Shown: positions 49,830-60,895, counted from the first letter of the stretch. The stretch is 64,000 nucleotides of DNA from Promethearchaeota archaeon (GCA_019058245.1 JAHPZJ010000028.1:64001-128000); one strand, 5' to 3'. The notes: a model not told the origin generated them from the letters alone. Made by a program: numbers and translations.

Positions 49830-51038
49830 TTATACAATATCGGTGTCTAATCTCTTTAAAGTATGATAGCACAAATCAATACAACCATTAAGATTTTCAG
49901 GTTTACATTTATCTGGTGTATCTTTTGAACTATGTATAAATCTTGAATCCTCAGATGAATAAAACCAGCAAACCTGTAATTTTCGTTTACTTTTTTTCGC
50001 ATAATCTTGAAAAACTGTGTGGTCTCCCATAAAAGATATTGATTTTATTTCCTTTCTAAGTGGAATTTCTTTTTCTCTCGCGGTATCTTCTAAGATATTA
50101 TTTAAACTTATATTTAGTTTGGCTTTTTTGAATATTCCAGTTTGATCTATTAATCCTATATAAGATCCAACCATATCGACGTTAATAACATAGGATTTAT
50201 CGAGATCATATTCTTTATCCAAATTTTTAAAATTTCTATAACAAAAAGCTTTTGACCCATATAATCCCATTTCTTCCGCCCCTGTCCATAAAAATATTAA
50301 ATCTATATTATTTAGTGGATTAATATGAAATAATTTTGATAATTCTATCAATATAGCTGTACCACTTGCGTCATCAACAGACCCTATTGATTTATTTTTT
50401 GCTCTAATGCTAATAAAGAAGATTAGATATCCAAATAATAAAATTATATTAATTAATTTAAAGATAAATTGTGCATCCATCGTTAAATTTAAGGGGAAAA
50501 AAATAAAAACATATAAGATAAAAATTAAAACCATAGAATTTATGATTCTTTCAGAATAATTGATAGAGATAGAATCATAATGAGCACAAAAAATAATAAC
50601 TGGTTTTCGCTTTCTATAAACATTCGCTTCAATTTTGGTAGTAACATTATGTGATATATGCCCTCTTTGAACGGGTTGTGTTAAATCAAACACTTTATAT
50701 ACTGAAACAGAAAGTATGTAATAAACTAGGAAATAAATTGATATAAAAAGAGTAATATACCCAAAAGCTCTTGCTGCTATTATAAAAAAACTAAGGAAAA
50801 TGATAAATAACATGATAAGAATAAGAATTACAAATAATAAAATATAAAGCCCCCAAATAGAGACCCATAGAAAAGGATCTAATTCTGTTTTTATATATTT
50901 TTTTTTTAATGAATCTCTAATGTAATCCATAGCAATATATTCTTCAGTTGTTCCTGCTTTTCTTCCAAAAGCTAAAGCTTTCACATGATCTATAGCTGAT
51001 TTTTTTTTATATAATGATGAATTTGATATAACTCCCAC
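49830..51038 (-). CDS. M28-family peptidase, membrane-anchored
   Basis: RKAGT, AHYDS, GSVDDASG, GAEEMGLYGS, NVDMVG, GDH, IHSSKDT. Confidence 0.9.
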   Translation of the reverse strand: MGVISNSSLYKKKSAIDHVKALAFGRKAGTTEEYIAMDYIRDSLKKKYIKTELDPFLWVSIWGLYILLFVILILIMLFIIFLSFFIIAARAFGYITLFISIYFLVYYILSVSVYKVFDLTQPVQRGHISHNVTTKIEANVYRKRKPVIIFCAHYDSISINYSERIINSMVLIFILYVFIFFPLNLTMDAQFIFKLINIILLFGYLIFFISIRAKNKSIGSVDDASGTAILIELSKLFHINPLNNIDLIFLWTGAEEMGLYGSKAFCYRNFKNLDKEYDLDKSYVINVDMVGSYIGLIDQTGIFKKAKLNISLNNILEDTAREKEIPLRKEIKSISFMGDHTVFQDYAKKSKRKLQVCWFYSSEDSRFIHSSKDTPDKCKPENLNGCIDLCYHTLKRLDTDIV

Positions 51039-51248
51039 CTATATGTTTAATTTTTGATTTTGACATATTACTTTGGATAAGTTTTGAACTTATTAAAGTA
51101 AAAACTATTATATTTATTTTGTAAAAAATTTGGATGAAAATGGTGATTTCTCAATTATAATAGAGTTTAATATATTGTTTAGGAAAAATTACTTTCTAAT
51201 TTATCTTTTACTTTTTTAAAAGATAAGGATTTTAAATTTCTTACTTTT

Positions 51249-52970
51249 CTATTTCTTAGCAAATGGTTCAAGATCTAATGCTTCAAATAAATCATCATTA
51301 GCTTCAATAGTACCAAGAAAATGCCATTCACCTTCTTCAACATTTTGACCATTTGCATATGTCTCAGCCATATTATAAAGTCTGATAAAATTCTCATAAT
51401 GCAGAGCAACCCTATTCTCTGCATAATCTCTTGCGGACCATGTTGTTATTAAAAATTGCCAATCACTACTTTCTAAGAGTAAAAGCTCTCGCGCCATCTG
51501 TTTAAGAATTTTGATTAAATTAGGATCTTGTGAGTTTTTACATTTTGCAATAATTTCTTCGGATTTCGCCTCACATTCATAAATTCTCTCCCATGTCCAT
51601 GTAGTCCACTCATTAAGCCATACCCAATGAGAACTAGCTTGCCCCCATGACCCCTCAATCACTGAAACTACCTTATTAGGAGGATTATTTTCCAAATATA
51701 TTCTAGTATTAGTCAGATCAATCTCAGGATCATCTTCCATCCACCTTAGTATCCTAGCTATCCACCAATTCCCCTCGAACCACCAATGCCCAAACAATTC
51801 TGCATCATAAGGTGCTACGACAATTCCATTATTGTTAAATTTATTTTTATAATCTCTTAATATATCTTTTACTAAATTTATGTAATGGCTTGCATTTTCA
51901 TCTAATTTTCCTGGAACATCGTCAGGCCAATATAACATTTTCTTACCTAAATCTAATTTAGCTTCTGTAACTTTCCAATAGCGTAAACCCCCTGGATAAT
52001 GTTTCTTGTGGAAATCTAAATATTCTGCACAACCAGGATATCCATGTTCTCCGCTCCACACCACAATTCCTGTTTTTTCATCTCTTGTGAAGAACCCTAC
52101 TGGAGCTCCTGTTGATGGAGCAGTAGACACTAAATATGGTTCATATTGAGATTTTTCAAATGAAGTGGGAATTTCTTCATATTGGGATTCAAATTGCTTC
52201 CAGAGTTCTGCTAATAGAGGAAAACGAGCAGCATATACACCTTGAGATTTTCCCCCCAATAATAGCGCGGTATCAATAAAAAAATACTTCAAACCATTTT
52301 TCGCTAGAAAATATTCTACACCTGGGCGTTCATATTCATCACCTGTTAAGGGGTTCTTCCATCGATATCCCGGGCGATAAGCACACTCTGGTAACCAAGC
52401 ACCAGTAGGAGCTCTTCCAAAATGCCTTTTATAATTATCAACTGCAGTTTTAAATTGAGCATTTATTGAAGAATCTTTAGAAAGTAATGGGGCATATCCA
52501 TGAGTAGCTCCGCATGTTATAATATCAATAAGTCCTTTATCTTGAAGGTTTTTAAATGCCCCTACAATGTCTTTATTGTATCTATGTATAAAATTATCTC
52601 TAACTCGTTCATAAAACTCTTGCCACCATTTAGTTAGTTTGATTCTCCCCTCTTCATATTTATTTCTTGTAAAATCTTCATAATCAAATAATGCGGCACT
52701 ATGTTTCTCATCGATATAACCTAAAAATCCATCGATGAATCTTGGATGACGAAGCATCTCACAAAGAACAGGTGTGATCCCTATAGTAAGTTTTGGATGA
52801 TATCCATCATCAACAAGTTTATATAATTCCATTAAAATAGGTATATAGGTTTCAGCTGCTGCTTCATTAACCCAGTCCATACCATGTGGCCATATTCCAT
52901 GACCAATGACCCATGGCAAATGTGAATGTAACACTAAACAATAACTTCCAATCTCAATCATTTTATTCAA
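51249..52970 (-). CDS. GH57 1,4-alpha-glucan branching enzyme
   Basis: LHSHLPWV, ETYIP, ATHGY.PLL, WLPECAY, PYDAELFGHWWFEG, ESSDWQF. Confidence 0.93.
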   Translation of the reverse strand: MNKMIEIGSYCLVLHSHLPWVIGHGIWPHGMDWVNEAAAETYIPILMELYKLVDDGYHPKLTIGITPVLCEMLRHPRFIDGFLGYIDEKHSAALFDYEDFTRNKYEEGRIKLTKWWQEFYERVRDNFIHRYNKDIVGAFKNLQDKGLIDIITCGATHGYAPLLSKDSSINAQFKTAVDNYKRHFGRAPTGAWLPECAYRPGYRWKNPLTGDEYERPGVEYFLAKNGLKYFFIDTALLLGGKSQGVYAARFPLLAELWKQFESQYEEIPTSFEKSQYEPYLVSTAPSTGAPVGFFTRDEKTGIVVWSGEHGYPGCAEYLDFHKKHYPGGLRYWKVTEAKLDLGKKMLYWPDDVPGKLDENASHYINLVKDILRDYKNKFNNNGIVVAPYDAELFGHWWFEGNWWIARILRWMEDDPEIDLTNTRIYLENNPPNKVVSVIEGSWGQASSHWVWLNEWTTWTWERIYECEAKSEEIIAKCKNSQDPNLIKILKQMARELLLLESSDWQFLITTWSARDYAENRVALHYENFIRLYNMAETYANGQNVEEGEWHFLGTIEANDDLFEALDLEPFAKK

Positions 52971-53171
52971 TTTATTATTTTTTTTAAATATAAGAAATAA
53001 GTCTATTTATAATAATTTTAACTTCTCAAAAAGTAAAGAGAAAAAATATTTTAAAACAGATAAAGTTATATACCCTAGATTAGCTTTTTATCATATAGTA
53101 TTTCCAATTGAAACATGAGTAAGAAAAAATAGGTTTTAATAATTCTAAACCCAATTAAAAATCTAAATGAA

Positions 53172-54527
53172 TTGAAAAAAAAAGGGAGAATCATAGGGAA
53201 AGCAAACTATGTTTTCACTCCCGAAATTTCTAGCTCAATTGGCTCAATTCATGGTAGTTTATTAAAACAAGATGAATCTATCGTACTTGGTAGGGATTAC
53301 CATAATGATAGCCGGATGTTGAAAAGAGCATATACATCAGGTTTGATGTCAACTGGTATAAACCTTTTAAACCTTTCAGATTGTACTTTTCCACTCTTAC
53401 AATTCACTATTAGACGTTTTGGGGCAAGTGGAGGGGTTTATTTCTCAGCAGGTCATTTGTATAGTGAAGATGTAGGAATTCGTTTTTTAGATGCTGGAGG
53501 GATTGAATTATCACAATCAGAGATTCAAAAAATAGTTGATTCTTATAATAATTATCCTCAGGGTGTAAGAAGGGTCGATCCTAATGAGATTGGGCAGATA
53601 ACATCTATTCCTCAGACAACAGATGTTTATATCAAGTCTCTTCAGCAATTTGTGAATAAAAAAAAAATAAAACAAGCGAATTTAAAAATAGTAGTGGATT
53701 GTTCTTACGGACCTTCTGGTAAAATCACTCCACTTTTAATGAATGATATTGGAGTTGAGATTATTGCTCTAAATACACATTATCGTGAAAGATCTTCAAG
53801 TCCAGTGCCCAGTATTAATACAATTCGAAATACCGCAGATATAGTCAAAGCTTCCAATAGTCATCTGGGAGTCTGTTTCGATGTTGATGGTTCAAGAATT
53901 CTAGTAATTGATGAAAATGGATTAGAAGTTAATTTTGAAGATTTATTAATGCTTTTTATATCTTATGATAAAAAAATTCAAAGTTCCAAATCCAACACGA
54001 TTATAACGACGCCCTCAATTTCTCCTATTGTAAAAGACTTTATTGTTGATGCTGGATTCCCACTCAAACAAGTGGAAAACTATCCTGGGGAGATATCAAG
54101 ACATATCAGAGAAGAAAGAGCTTGTTTTGCTGCTGCAGACACTTTAAAGTTCTATTTTCCCGAATATGCCCCTTTTAGTGATGGAAATTTCATTTTATTA
54201 AAAATATTAGAGATAATGAATCTTCAAAATGACTTACTTAGCTCCTTGACAAAAGGATTTCCGAAAGGAATGAAAATTAATAAAACTATTCCAATTTCGC
54301 CAGAAAAGATTGAAAATGTTCATAATCGATTAAGAGAATTAGCTGACGAAAAAAAATTAAATTATCATGATATCATAAATGAATTGAAAATAATTAATGA
54401 GGATGCATTTACAATTATTAAATTAGCGTTATACAGAAACGCTATACTTCTTTCTGCGGAAGGAGATGATAGGGAAAAAGCTCAAAAAATGATTTTTGAG
54501 TTAGAAAAATTAATAAAAGAAGTTTAA
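53172..54527 (+). CDS. Phosphohexomutase-like protein with degenerate active site
   Basis: LGRD..SRMLKRA..GL.STG, VVDC..G, FDVDGSR; phosphoserine loop reads FSAGH. Confidence 0.8.
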   Translation: MKKKGRIIGKANYVFTPEISSSIGSIHGSLLKQDESIVLGRDYHNDSRMLKRAYTSGLMSTGINLLNLSDCTFPLLQFTIRRFGASGGVYFSAGHLYSEDVGIRFLDAGGIELSQSEIQKIVDSYNNYPQGVRRVDPNEIGQITSIPQTTDVYIKSLQQFVNKKKIKQANLKIVVDCSYGPSGKITPLLMNDIGVEIIALNTHYRERSSSPVPSINTIRNTADIVKASNSHLGVCFDVDGSRILVIDENGLEVNFEDLLMLFISYDKKIQSSKSNTIITTPSISPIVKDFIVDAGFPLKQVENYPGEISRHIREERACFAAADTLKFYFPEYAPFSDGNFILLKILEIMNLQNDLLSSLTKGFPKGMKINKTIPISPEKIENVHNRLRELADEKKLNYHDIINELKIINEDAFTIIKLALYRNAILLSAEGDDREKAQKMIFELEKLIKEV

Positions 54528-54678
54528 AAAAACGTGAAACATTATTTTAAAAATTATAATTATTTATCAGAGAAATTAATAATTTAATATGAGAAAATGA
54601 ATTAAAAATTTAAAAAAAAAGGAACTAATTATATAATAATATAATTTTAAGTTATAGATTAAAAAAGTTGATTGTATA

Positions 54679-55341
54679 ATGGCTGTGAATGATATTACTT
54701 CAATAATAATAATAGCTACTTTAGGAGTTATTTTTGTAATTTTTTTATTATTTGACTTATTCCAACGTAATGAAAAATATGGATACTTAGCATATGCTGT
54801 TGCTCTATTACCCGTTGATTATTATTGGGGAGTTGGAGGTGATCCTCTTATTGCATATATTATTCTATTTGGTTTATGGATAATTACACTATTACGTGAT
54901 ACAATAGGAATGCAACTTGAAAAGAATAAGGATATAAATGAAATATTGATATATCTTTTTCTAGCAATCATAATTCAATTGATCGTTAGCGCTATCATGC
55001 CAGAAGTCAATGAAGATCTAAAACTTTACACAGAAAAAGTATTGTATTTCTGGTTACCAAATGTACACTCCGCAATTTTTACGAGTTCGATTGCTTTAGC
55101 TTTTAAACTTGTAGCAACATTATTGGTATTTCTTATTATCATTCCATTAATCATTGATATCAAGGATGAGGAGGCTCCTCTGCCCATTATTATAATATTT
55201 GTTGCTATTTTCATTATACCTTTTCTTTACTTAAGCTTTATCTGGGTTCCAAACATGATGGGTGTATTAACTTTCTTATTTTCAGTAATATTATTTATAA
55301 TTTTGCTGATTATAACACGGTCTGGCATGGAGACAAAATAA
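54679..55341 (+). CDS. Multi-pass membrane protein
   Basis: About 7 TM helices. Confidence 0.75.
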   Translation: MAVNDITSIIIIATLGVIFVIFLLFDLFQRNEKYGYLAYAVALLPVDYYWGVGGDPLIAYIILFGLWIITLLRDTIGMQLEKNKDINEILIYLFLAIIIQLIVSAIMPEVNEDLKLYTEKVLYFWLPNVHSAIFTSSIALAFKLVATLLVFLIIIPLIIDIKDEEAPLPIIIIFVAIFIIPFLYLSFIWVPNMMGVLTFLFSVILFIILLIITRSGMETK

Positions 55342-55455
55342 ATCAAATTAAAATTTTTTTATTCTTCTTTTAACTTTTTCTCATTATTTTTATATTTAGT
55401 TCGCTATCAATTTTATAAGGAATTCAAATAAAAAGTAAGTATTTAATATAATATA

Positions 55456-56454
55456 ATGGCAAAAAAAAAAGTACAAACTGATGAGATTCACCAAAAGGAG
55501 AGTTCTGAATCAGGATCTTCTTACACCTTAAAAGATTTACCTGGAGTTGGTGAAGCAACAGTAAAGAAATTACAAGAGGCCGGAATTCTATCCATCCGAA
55601 CTCTCGCTATGTATCCAATGAGTAAATTAATGGATGAGGCAGGTATCGGTGAAAAAACAGCTGAAAAAATAATAAAGGTTGCACAAGATATCGAAAAAAT
55701 GGGCTTCAAGTCTGCTGATATAATTTGGGAAAAACGTAAAACATTAAACAAATTAACAACAGGAAGTCAGAATCTAGATGATCTATTATATGGCGGTATT
55801 GAACCGGGGGCAGTCACAGAAGTTTTCGGTGAATTTAGAACAGGAAAAACACAGTTAGCACATCAATTGTGTGTTAATGTTCAATTATCTTATGAGGAAG
55901 GTGGTCTTGAAGGTAATGCTTTATATATTGATACTGAAGGTACTTTTAGACCTGAAAGAATAATCCAAATGGCAATAGCAAAGGATTTAGATCATAATAT
56001 GATTTTAAAAAATGTAATTGTTGGGAGAGCTTATAACAGTGATCATCAAATTTTATTGATAAAGGAATCTCCTAAAATTATTTCAGAAAAAAATATAAAA
56101 TTAATAGTAGTAGATTCGCTTATTGGCCACTTTCGTAGCGAATATATAGGGCGTGGTACTCTAGCAAATCGTCAACAGCTAATAAATTCTCACATACATG
56201 ATTTACTAAGATTAACAGAAACATATGATGAATTAGCGGTTATATTCACAAATCAGGTATCAGCAAAACCAGATGTATTTTATGGTAATCCAATAACACA
56301 TACCGGTGGACATGTAGTAGCTCATGGCGCTACGATACGTATATTCTTAAGAAAAGGGAAGGGAGAACAGAGAATTGCTAAAGTTGTTGATGCACCACAT
56401 ATTCCAGAAAGTGATTCTGTCTTTTCGATAACTGAAGACGGGATTCAAGATTAA
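55456..56454 (+). CDS. radA: DNA repair and recombination protein RadA
   Basis: N-terminal HhH LPGVG, GEFRTGKTQ, YIDTEGTFRPER, VVDSL..HFR.EY.GRG.LA.RQQ. Confidence 0.97.
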   Translation: MAKKKVQTDEIHQKESSESGSSYTLKDLPGVGEATVKKLQEAGILSIRTLAMYPMSKLMDEAGIGEKTAEKIIKVAQDIEKMGFKSADIIWEKRKTLNKLTTGSQNLDDLLYGGIEPGAVTEVFGEFRTGKTQLAHQLCVNVQLSYEEGGLEGNALYIDTEGTFRPERIIQMAIAKDLDHNMILKNVIVGRAYNSDHQILLIKESPKIISEKNIKLIVVDSLIGHFRSEYIGRGTLANRQQLINSHIHDLLRLTETYDELAVIFTNQVSAKPDVFYGNPITHTGGHVVAHGATIRIFLRKGKGEQRIAKVVDAPHIPESDSVFSITEDGIQD

Positions 56455-56457
56455 TTC

Positions 56458-56895
56458 TTAATATTTAAGATTAACATTTATTTCTATTCCTTTTTTCAAT
56501 GATTCTGAGATTATACAGTATTGCTCAAATAATTTTTTACATTGATCTATCCTCTTAAGCAATTCTGGATTATCGATTTTTGGCACTATTTCAACGTCAA
56601 TTTTTTTAAGTCTCCAGAAATTTTTACTATTTCTAGCAACTGTAACTTCAGCTCTTCCTTCTAAATCTGACAATGAGATATTTTTTTTTTCTATGCAAAA
56701 TTCAAAACTTGCTGCTAGACAAGACAATATAGATAAACCAAGTAATTTTACAGGAGAGGATCCAATTCGATCATTTCTTCTTTCTGTTCTTAAATCAATA
56801 TATAACTCATCCACTTTTAATTTTCCAAGATTTCCCCTAAAGAGCATCTTTTCTTCTAGCTTTAATTCAACTTTTGACTTTACTTCATTTGACAT
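56458..56895 (-). CDS. OsmC-family protein
   Basis: G.SPVKLL...ILSCL, FEQYCIISESL. Confidence 0.85.
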   Translation of the reverse strand: MSNEVKSKVELKLEEKMLFRGNLGKLKVDELYIDLRTERRNDRIGSSPVKLLGLSILSCLAASFEFCIEKKNISLSDLEGRAEVTVARNSKNFWRLKKIDVEIVPKIDNPELLKRIDQCKKLFEQYCIISESLKKGIEINVNLKY

Positions 56896-56969
56896 TTGAA
56901 TAATCTTTTTATAGTTTAATTAAATTTACAAAAATGAAACTCCACAGTGTTTTAAATAATAAGAAGAAA

Positions 56970-57437
56970 TTATAGATTAATATTTACATTTACCTCAATT
57001 CCAGATCTTACTGATTGTGTTACTATACAATATTGCTCGAAAAAACTAAAACCATCTTTTAGTGGTTTCAAACATTGTTTTGCTCTTTTAAGAGTTTCTG
57101 GATTTTCTATTTTTGGTACTATATCAACTTCTATTTTTTTAATTCTCCAAAAACCTTTCTCATTTCTTAAAATAATAACTTCTGCTTCCGCATTGAAATC
57201 CTCTACTTTAAACTCTCTTTTCTTGAGACAGAAAATAAAACTGGCACTTAAACACCCTAATATTGCAAGTGCTAACATTCTTGAAGGATTTGGTCCAAGC
57301 ATATCCACTTCTTCACGATGTTCTTCATCAATATAACAGTCTTTAACCTTCATAGTTCCTAAGTCGCATTTAAAAATCATTTGAGACTCAAACTCGTCTA
57401 ATTTTAATCCCACTTTAGTTTTCATTTCATCAGAAAT
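56970..57437 (-). CDS. OsmC-family protein (probable ATT start 57437; first ATG 57425)
   Basis: GPNPSRMLALAILGCLSAS, FEQYCIVTQSV. Confidence 0.88.
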   Translation of the reverse strand: MSDEMKTKVGLKLDEFESQMIFKCDLGTMKVKDCYIDEEHREEVDMLGPNPSRMLALAILGCLSASFIFCLKKREFKVEDFNAEAEVIILRNEKGFWRIKKIEVDIVPKIENPETLKRAKQCLKPLKDGFSFFEQYCIVTQSVRSGIEVNVNINL

Positions 57438-57466
57438 AACTCACACCTCATAAATATTAATTAGGT

Positions 57467-57997
57467 TCAATTCAATCTTTTTTTATTATTATCCATATTT
57501 TTAAACAGAGAAAATAACTCTTCTCTTTTTGACTTATCGTTTTTTATTTCTTGTAGTAATTTATTTATTTCATTTAATTTTAGTTTGTAATACTTTAGTT
57601 CTTCCTTAATTTCTGAATGAATTATTGATAAATCTATAGAATCGTCGATTGAGCATGCTTTTTTAACAAATTTGAAGCATTGATTAATCCTTTGAGTTAA
57701 TAAATCATCATCAAATTGTTTATCAATTAAAATATTAATTTGATCAATTAACCACTCATTATTTTCGTTTTTTATAATTTGTAATTGGATTTGAGGAAAA
57801 TCTAATTCCTCTTTATTATTTTTTAAACAATTAACTATACTAGCATTAATACAATTTATATATGTTTTATCAGGTAAAATTGATACTGGATTCGACATCA
57901 AATCTATATTTTTTTCACCTACTTCATCAAGAATACAAGTAAATAAATTATTATCATTTAAATTACATTCAAAAAGCTTTTGATCATTTTCATTCAT
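57467..57997 (-). CDS. Divergent OsmC-like protein
   Basis: CINASIVNCL...W.I..I.I...RINQC..F..ACSI aligns with the two neighbours. Confidence 0.6.
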   Translation of the reverse strand: MNENDQKLFECNLNDNNLFTCILDEVGEKNIDLMSNPVSILPDKTYINCINASIVNCLKNNKEELDFPQIQLQIIKNENNEWLIDQINILIDKQFDDDLLTQRINQCFKFVKKACSIDDSIDLSIIHSEIKEELKYYKLKLNEINKLLQEIKNDKSKREELFSLFKNMDNNKKRLN

Positions 57998-58169
57998 ATG
58001 ATATTTCTCTAAAATTTCCTTATATTAATTAGTTTTATATACAATTAATTTGGTATCTTACAAATAAAATTATTGTTTAAATGTGAATTTTTTATCCTTA
58101 TTACAATAAGGAGTACTTTAAAAAAATAACCATCAAAGCTGTTCAAATTAAATTATATTCAGCTTAATT

Positions 58170-58760
58170 TTAGCTTGTTTCCATTTTCTTTAAATGAAGA
58201 TGTCGAGTTAAATGAAAATAGATAAATGGAATATAGAGAAGAGTAATAAGGATAAATTCAAAAGCATAAATAACTATAAATGTAATCATAAGAATAAAAA
58301 GGCAAACCTCGATACTTAGATAAATTTTATTACTATAATATTTTTCATCAAAGAATGACGCAGGATTGTTATATTTGGATAAATAATCAGAAAGATTTTC
58401 AAATTCCTCTTTTGATATTAAAAACTTTAATCCTACTTGTTTTTTTGTAAAATAGAAAATATTTGTGCCCCAATCTAAAGTATCAATTAAAATATGAATA
58501 AAATAAGAAATTCCACTTAAGATTAAAACTATCCAATTAAAAATAAATCCTAAAATTAGGATAATTAGACTTGGAATAATTGAGTGGGTTATTAACATCC
58601 TATGATTATTATCTTTAGCAAATTTTGAAAAAAATATATCAAAATCACATATGAATGAAAATGACACTATAATAGAGAATTCCATGAGATTAAAATGAAA
58701 AAAGTAATTGAAAATTGAAGCGATGATAACTCCTACTGCAAAATGACTATTTATGTGCAT
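58170..58760 (-). CDS. Membrane metal-dependent hydrolase (YdjM-like)
   Basis: SHF, DFD, HR..THS, HI.ID. Confidence 0.8.
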   Translation of the reverse strand: MHINSHFAVGVIIASIFNYFFHFNLMEFSIIVSFSFICDFDIFFSKFAKDNNHRMLITHSIIPSLIILILGFIFNWIVLILSGISYFIHILIDTLDWGTNIFYFTKKQVGLKFLISKEEFENLSDYLSKYNNPASFFDEKYYSNKIYLSIEVCLFILMITFIVIYAFEFILITLLYIPFIYFHLTRHLHLKKMETS

Positions 58761-58783
58761 AAATTTTAATTCCTATCGAATAA

Positions 58784-59767
58784 TTAATAAATGTATTTTT
58801 TTTTCTTAATTCTTTTTAAAACTGCCTTTTTTGTTTCAAATCCTGCAGGACCTTTTTTTTCAACAAGAAAAGACGCTGCTGCGGAGGCTAAGTAAGCTGC
58901 CTTTTCAATTGATTTCCAAGATTTATCCGAATGAATAAATTCATATAGAAATATAGAAAAATATACATCTCCAGCACCAGTCTCATCCAATACCCTCTTG
59001 GGTTTAAAGGCGGGAATTTTTAATATGTTTTCATCTCTCCTAGTGAGCATCGAACCTTTTTCTCCTAATGTCATAATGTATATTCCGTTATTTTTGTATT
59101 TATAATAGTGAGTTATAATATCGTTATAATTTACGCATTTTCTTGCAATAAGTTTCATTTCTTCCTCTGAACCTTTCAAGATTAATCTGTCGCCTATTAA
59201 TTCTATAATATTTTCCATATTAGCTATGATTTCTTCATCGTAAACATATTTGACTTTACCATCATTTTCAATTTTTCTTATAAAGCCCTGTAAATCTATA
59301 CCTATGTATGTTTTAGGAAATTTCTTTAAAATTTGAGAAATATATTCATAAGAGATCTCATTACACAATGGTACTAAAACGAAAGCATCAGGAGGATCTC
59401 TAAAAAAATTTGTTGGTATGTCATTAAAATCAAGATTAGGACTTCTAGAGTTAAGTGTTAAACTTCTTTTATGATCAAAATAATCAAGAACAAAATTTGT
59501 ATTTTCTGTTTGAGAGTATTTAATTCCACTTAAATCAATATTCTTATTCTTTATTTTATCTAATAAAGAAATATTGAAATTTAATTTTCCAATATGAGAA
59601 ATTATTCTAATATCAACATTATTAATATATTCACTTAAGGCTAATGAACAAAAAGTTGTACTACCTCCTAAACTAGGCTTGTTAAGTCTTTTAAAACGAA
59701 TGATATGATCAATGGCAAAATGACCAGTAAAAGTTATAGAGGTATTCTTAAGACTTTGTCTATTCAT
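58784..59767 (-). CDS. PfkB-family carbohydrate kinase
   Basis: LGGS, TLGEKGS, DETGAGDVY. Confidence 0.9.
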   Translation of the reverse strand: MNRQSLKNTSITFTGHFAIDHIIRFKRLNKPSLGGSTTFCSLALSEYINNVDIRIISHIGKLNFNISLLDKIKNKNIDLSGIKYSQTENTNFVLDYFDHKRSLTLNSRSPNLDFNDIPTNFFRDPPDAFVLVPLCNEISYEYISQILKKFPKTYIGIDLQGFIRKIENDGKVKYVYDEEIIANMENIIELIGDRLILKGSEEEMKLIARKCVNYNDIITHYYKYKNNGIYIMTLGEKGSMLTRRDENILKIPAFKPKRVLDETGAGDVYFSIFLYEFIHSDKSWKSIEKAAYLASAAASFLVEKKGPAGFETKKAVLKRIKKKKYIY

Positions 59768-59770
59768 TTA

Positions 59771-60895
59771 TTAGGATTTTAATTTTTTAATAATGTTATC
59801 CTTTTCTTCTATTGTTATCTTTAACTTATTAATTTTATTTTGTAAATCGTCAACTAGATATTTCATTGTTGTTTCCTCACTAGCGGGTTGAGCTTGTTGA
59901 TTACTTTTTAGTTCCACAATTAATTTTTCTTTTTCTTCCAATTGTGCTTGGAGATTATTTATCATTTTTTCCTTTTCGTTACTTTCAGCAGTTTTTGTTG
60001 TTTCTTGCTTATTCTTTTGTAAGGATGTTTGTATCTGCGTAAGTTGGTTTTTAAGATCTTCATTTTCTCTCTTAAGATCTCTTAATTCATCCGGTTGTAA
60101 TTGGAATCCTCGACTTTTTATTGTTCGTTCAAGTTCAGATTTTTCACTATTTAATTTTTCAACAATTTGTTTATATTTATTAAGATCTGATTGAAGATCT
60201 TGACATAGTATTTCTAAAGTCGCTGATGAGGATTGGATTGATTTAGATTTTTGTGTAGCTGTTTTTGGTTCTTCCACTGGAACTATATTATCAATAGTTT
60301 GTTTTTTCATACTTTCTTCTAATTGTTGGTTTAATAAATCGTTTTTTTCAATTAATTCATTAATTTTATTTTCTTGTTCATTAATTTGGTTTTTCTTATT
60401 CGATAATTCAGATTGTAAATTATCAATTAAAGCGGTGGTCATTTCAGAATCTTTTTCTGTAGAAGCTTTCTCAATAGGTTTTGATATCTTTGAAGCTGTT
60501 TCTAATTTTATTTTTAATTCGGTAATTTCGTTTTCTTTATTTTTCAAATTGTTTTCTTTTTCAGCTAAATTTTTTTCTAAGACTGTTAACTTACTATTTA
60601 ACACTATATTTTCTTCTTGAATTTCAGTTAATTTTTTATCATCAACCTTTCCAGCTTTTTCTAATTTTTGTTTTAAAATTTTGTTTTCTTCGATTACGTT
60701 CTTAACGATTTCTTCGGTTTTTGTGATTAATTCTACATTTTCTTTAATTTTAGTTTTCAATTCTTCATTCTCATTTTCAATTTCTCTAATTTTGTTAATA
60801 GTATCATCAATTTGATTAGGGTTTTTTATCTCCCCTTCCATTTTTTTTCTCCAGAGACTGATGAAATCCTCTACTTTTTTATTATTTTCCGGCAT
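59771..60895 (-). CDS. Long coiled-coil protein
   Basis: Extensive heptads; repeated L.D.LQS.L.K.K motif. Confidence 0.75.
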   Translation of the reverse strand: MPENNKKVEDFISLWRKKMEGEIKNPNQIDDTINKIREIENENEELKTKIKENVELITKTEEIVKNVIEENKILKQKLEKAGKVDDKKLTEIQEENIVLNSKLTVLEKNLAEKENNLKNKENEITELKIKLETASKISKPIEKASTEKDSEMTTALIDNLQSELSNKKNQINEQENKINELIEKNDLLNQQLEESMKKQTIDNIVPVEEPKTATQKSKSIQSSSATLEILCQDLQSDLNKYKQIVEKLNSEKSELERTIKSRGFQLQPDELRDLKRENEDLKNQLTQIQTSLQKNKQETTKTAESNEKEKMINNLQAQLEEKEKLIVELKSNQQAQPASEETTMKYLVDDLQNKINKLKITIEEKDNIIKKLKS

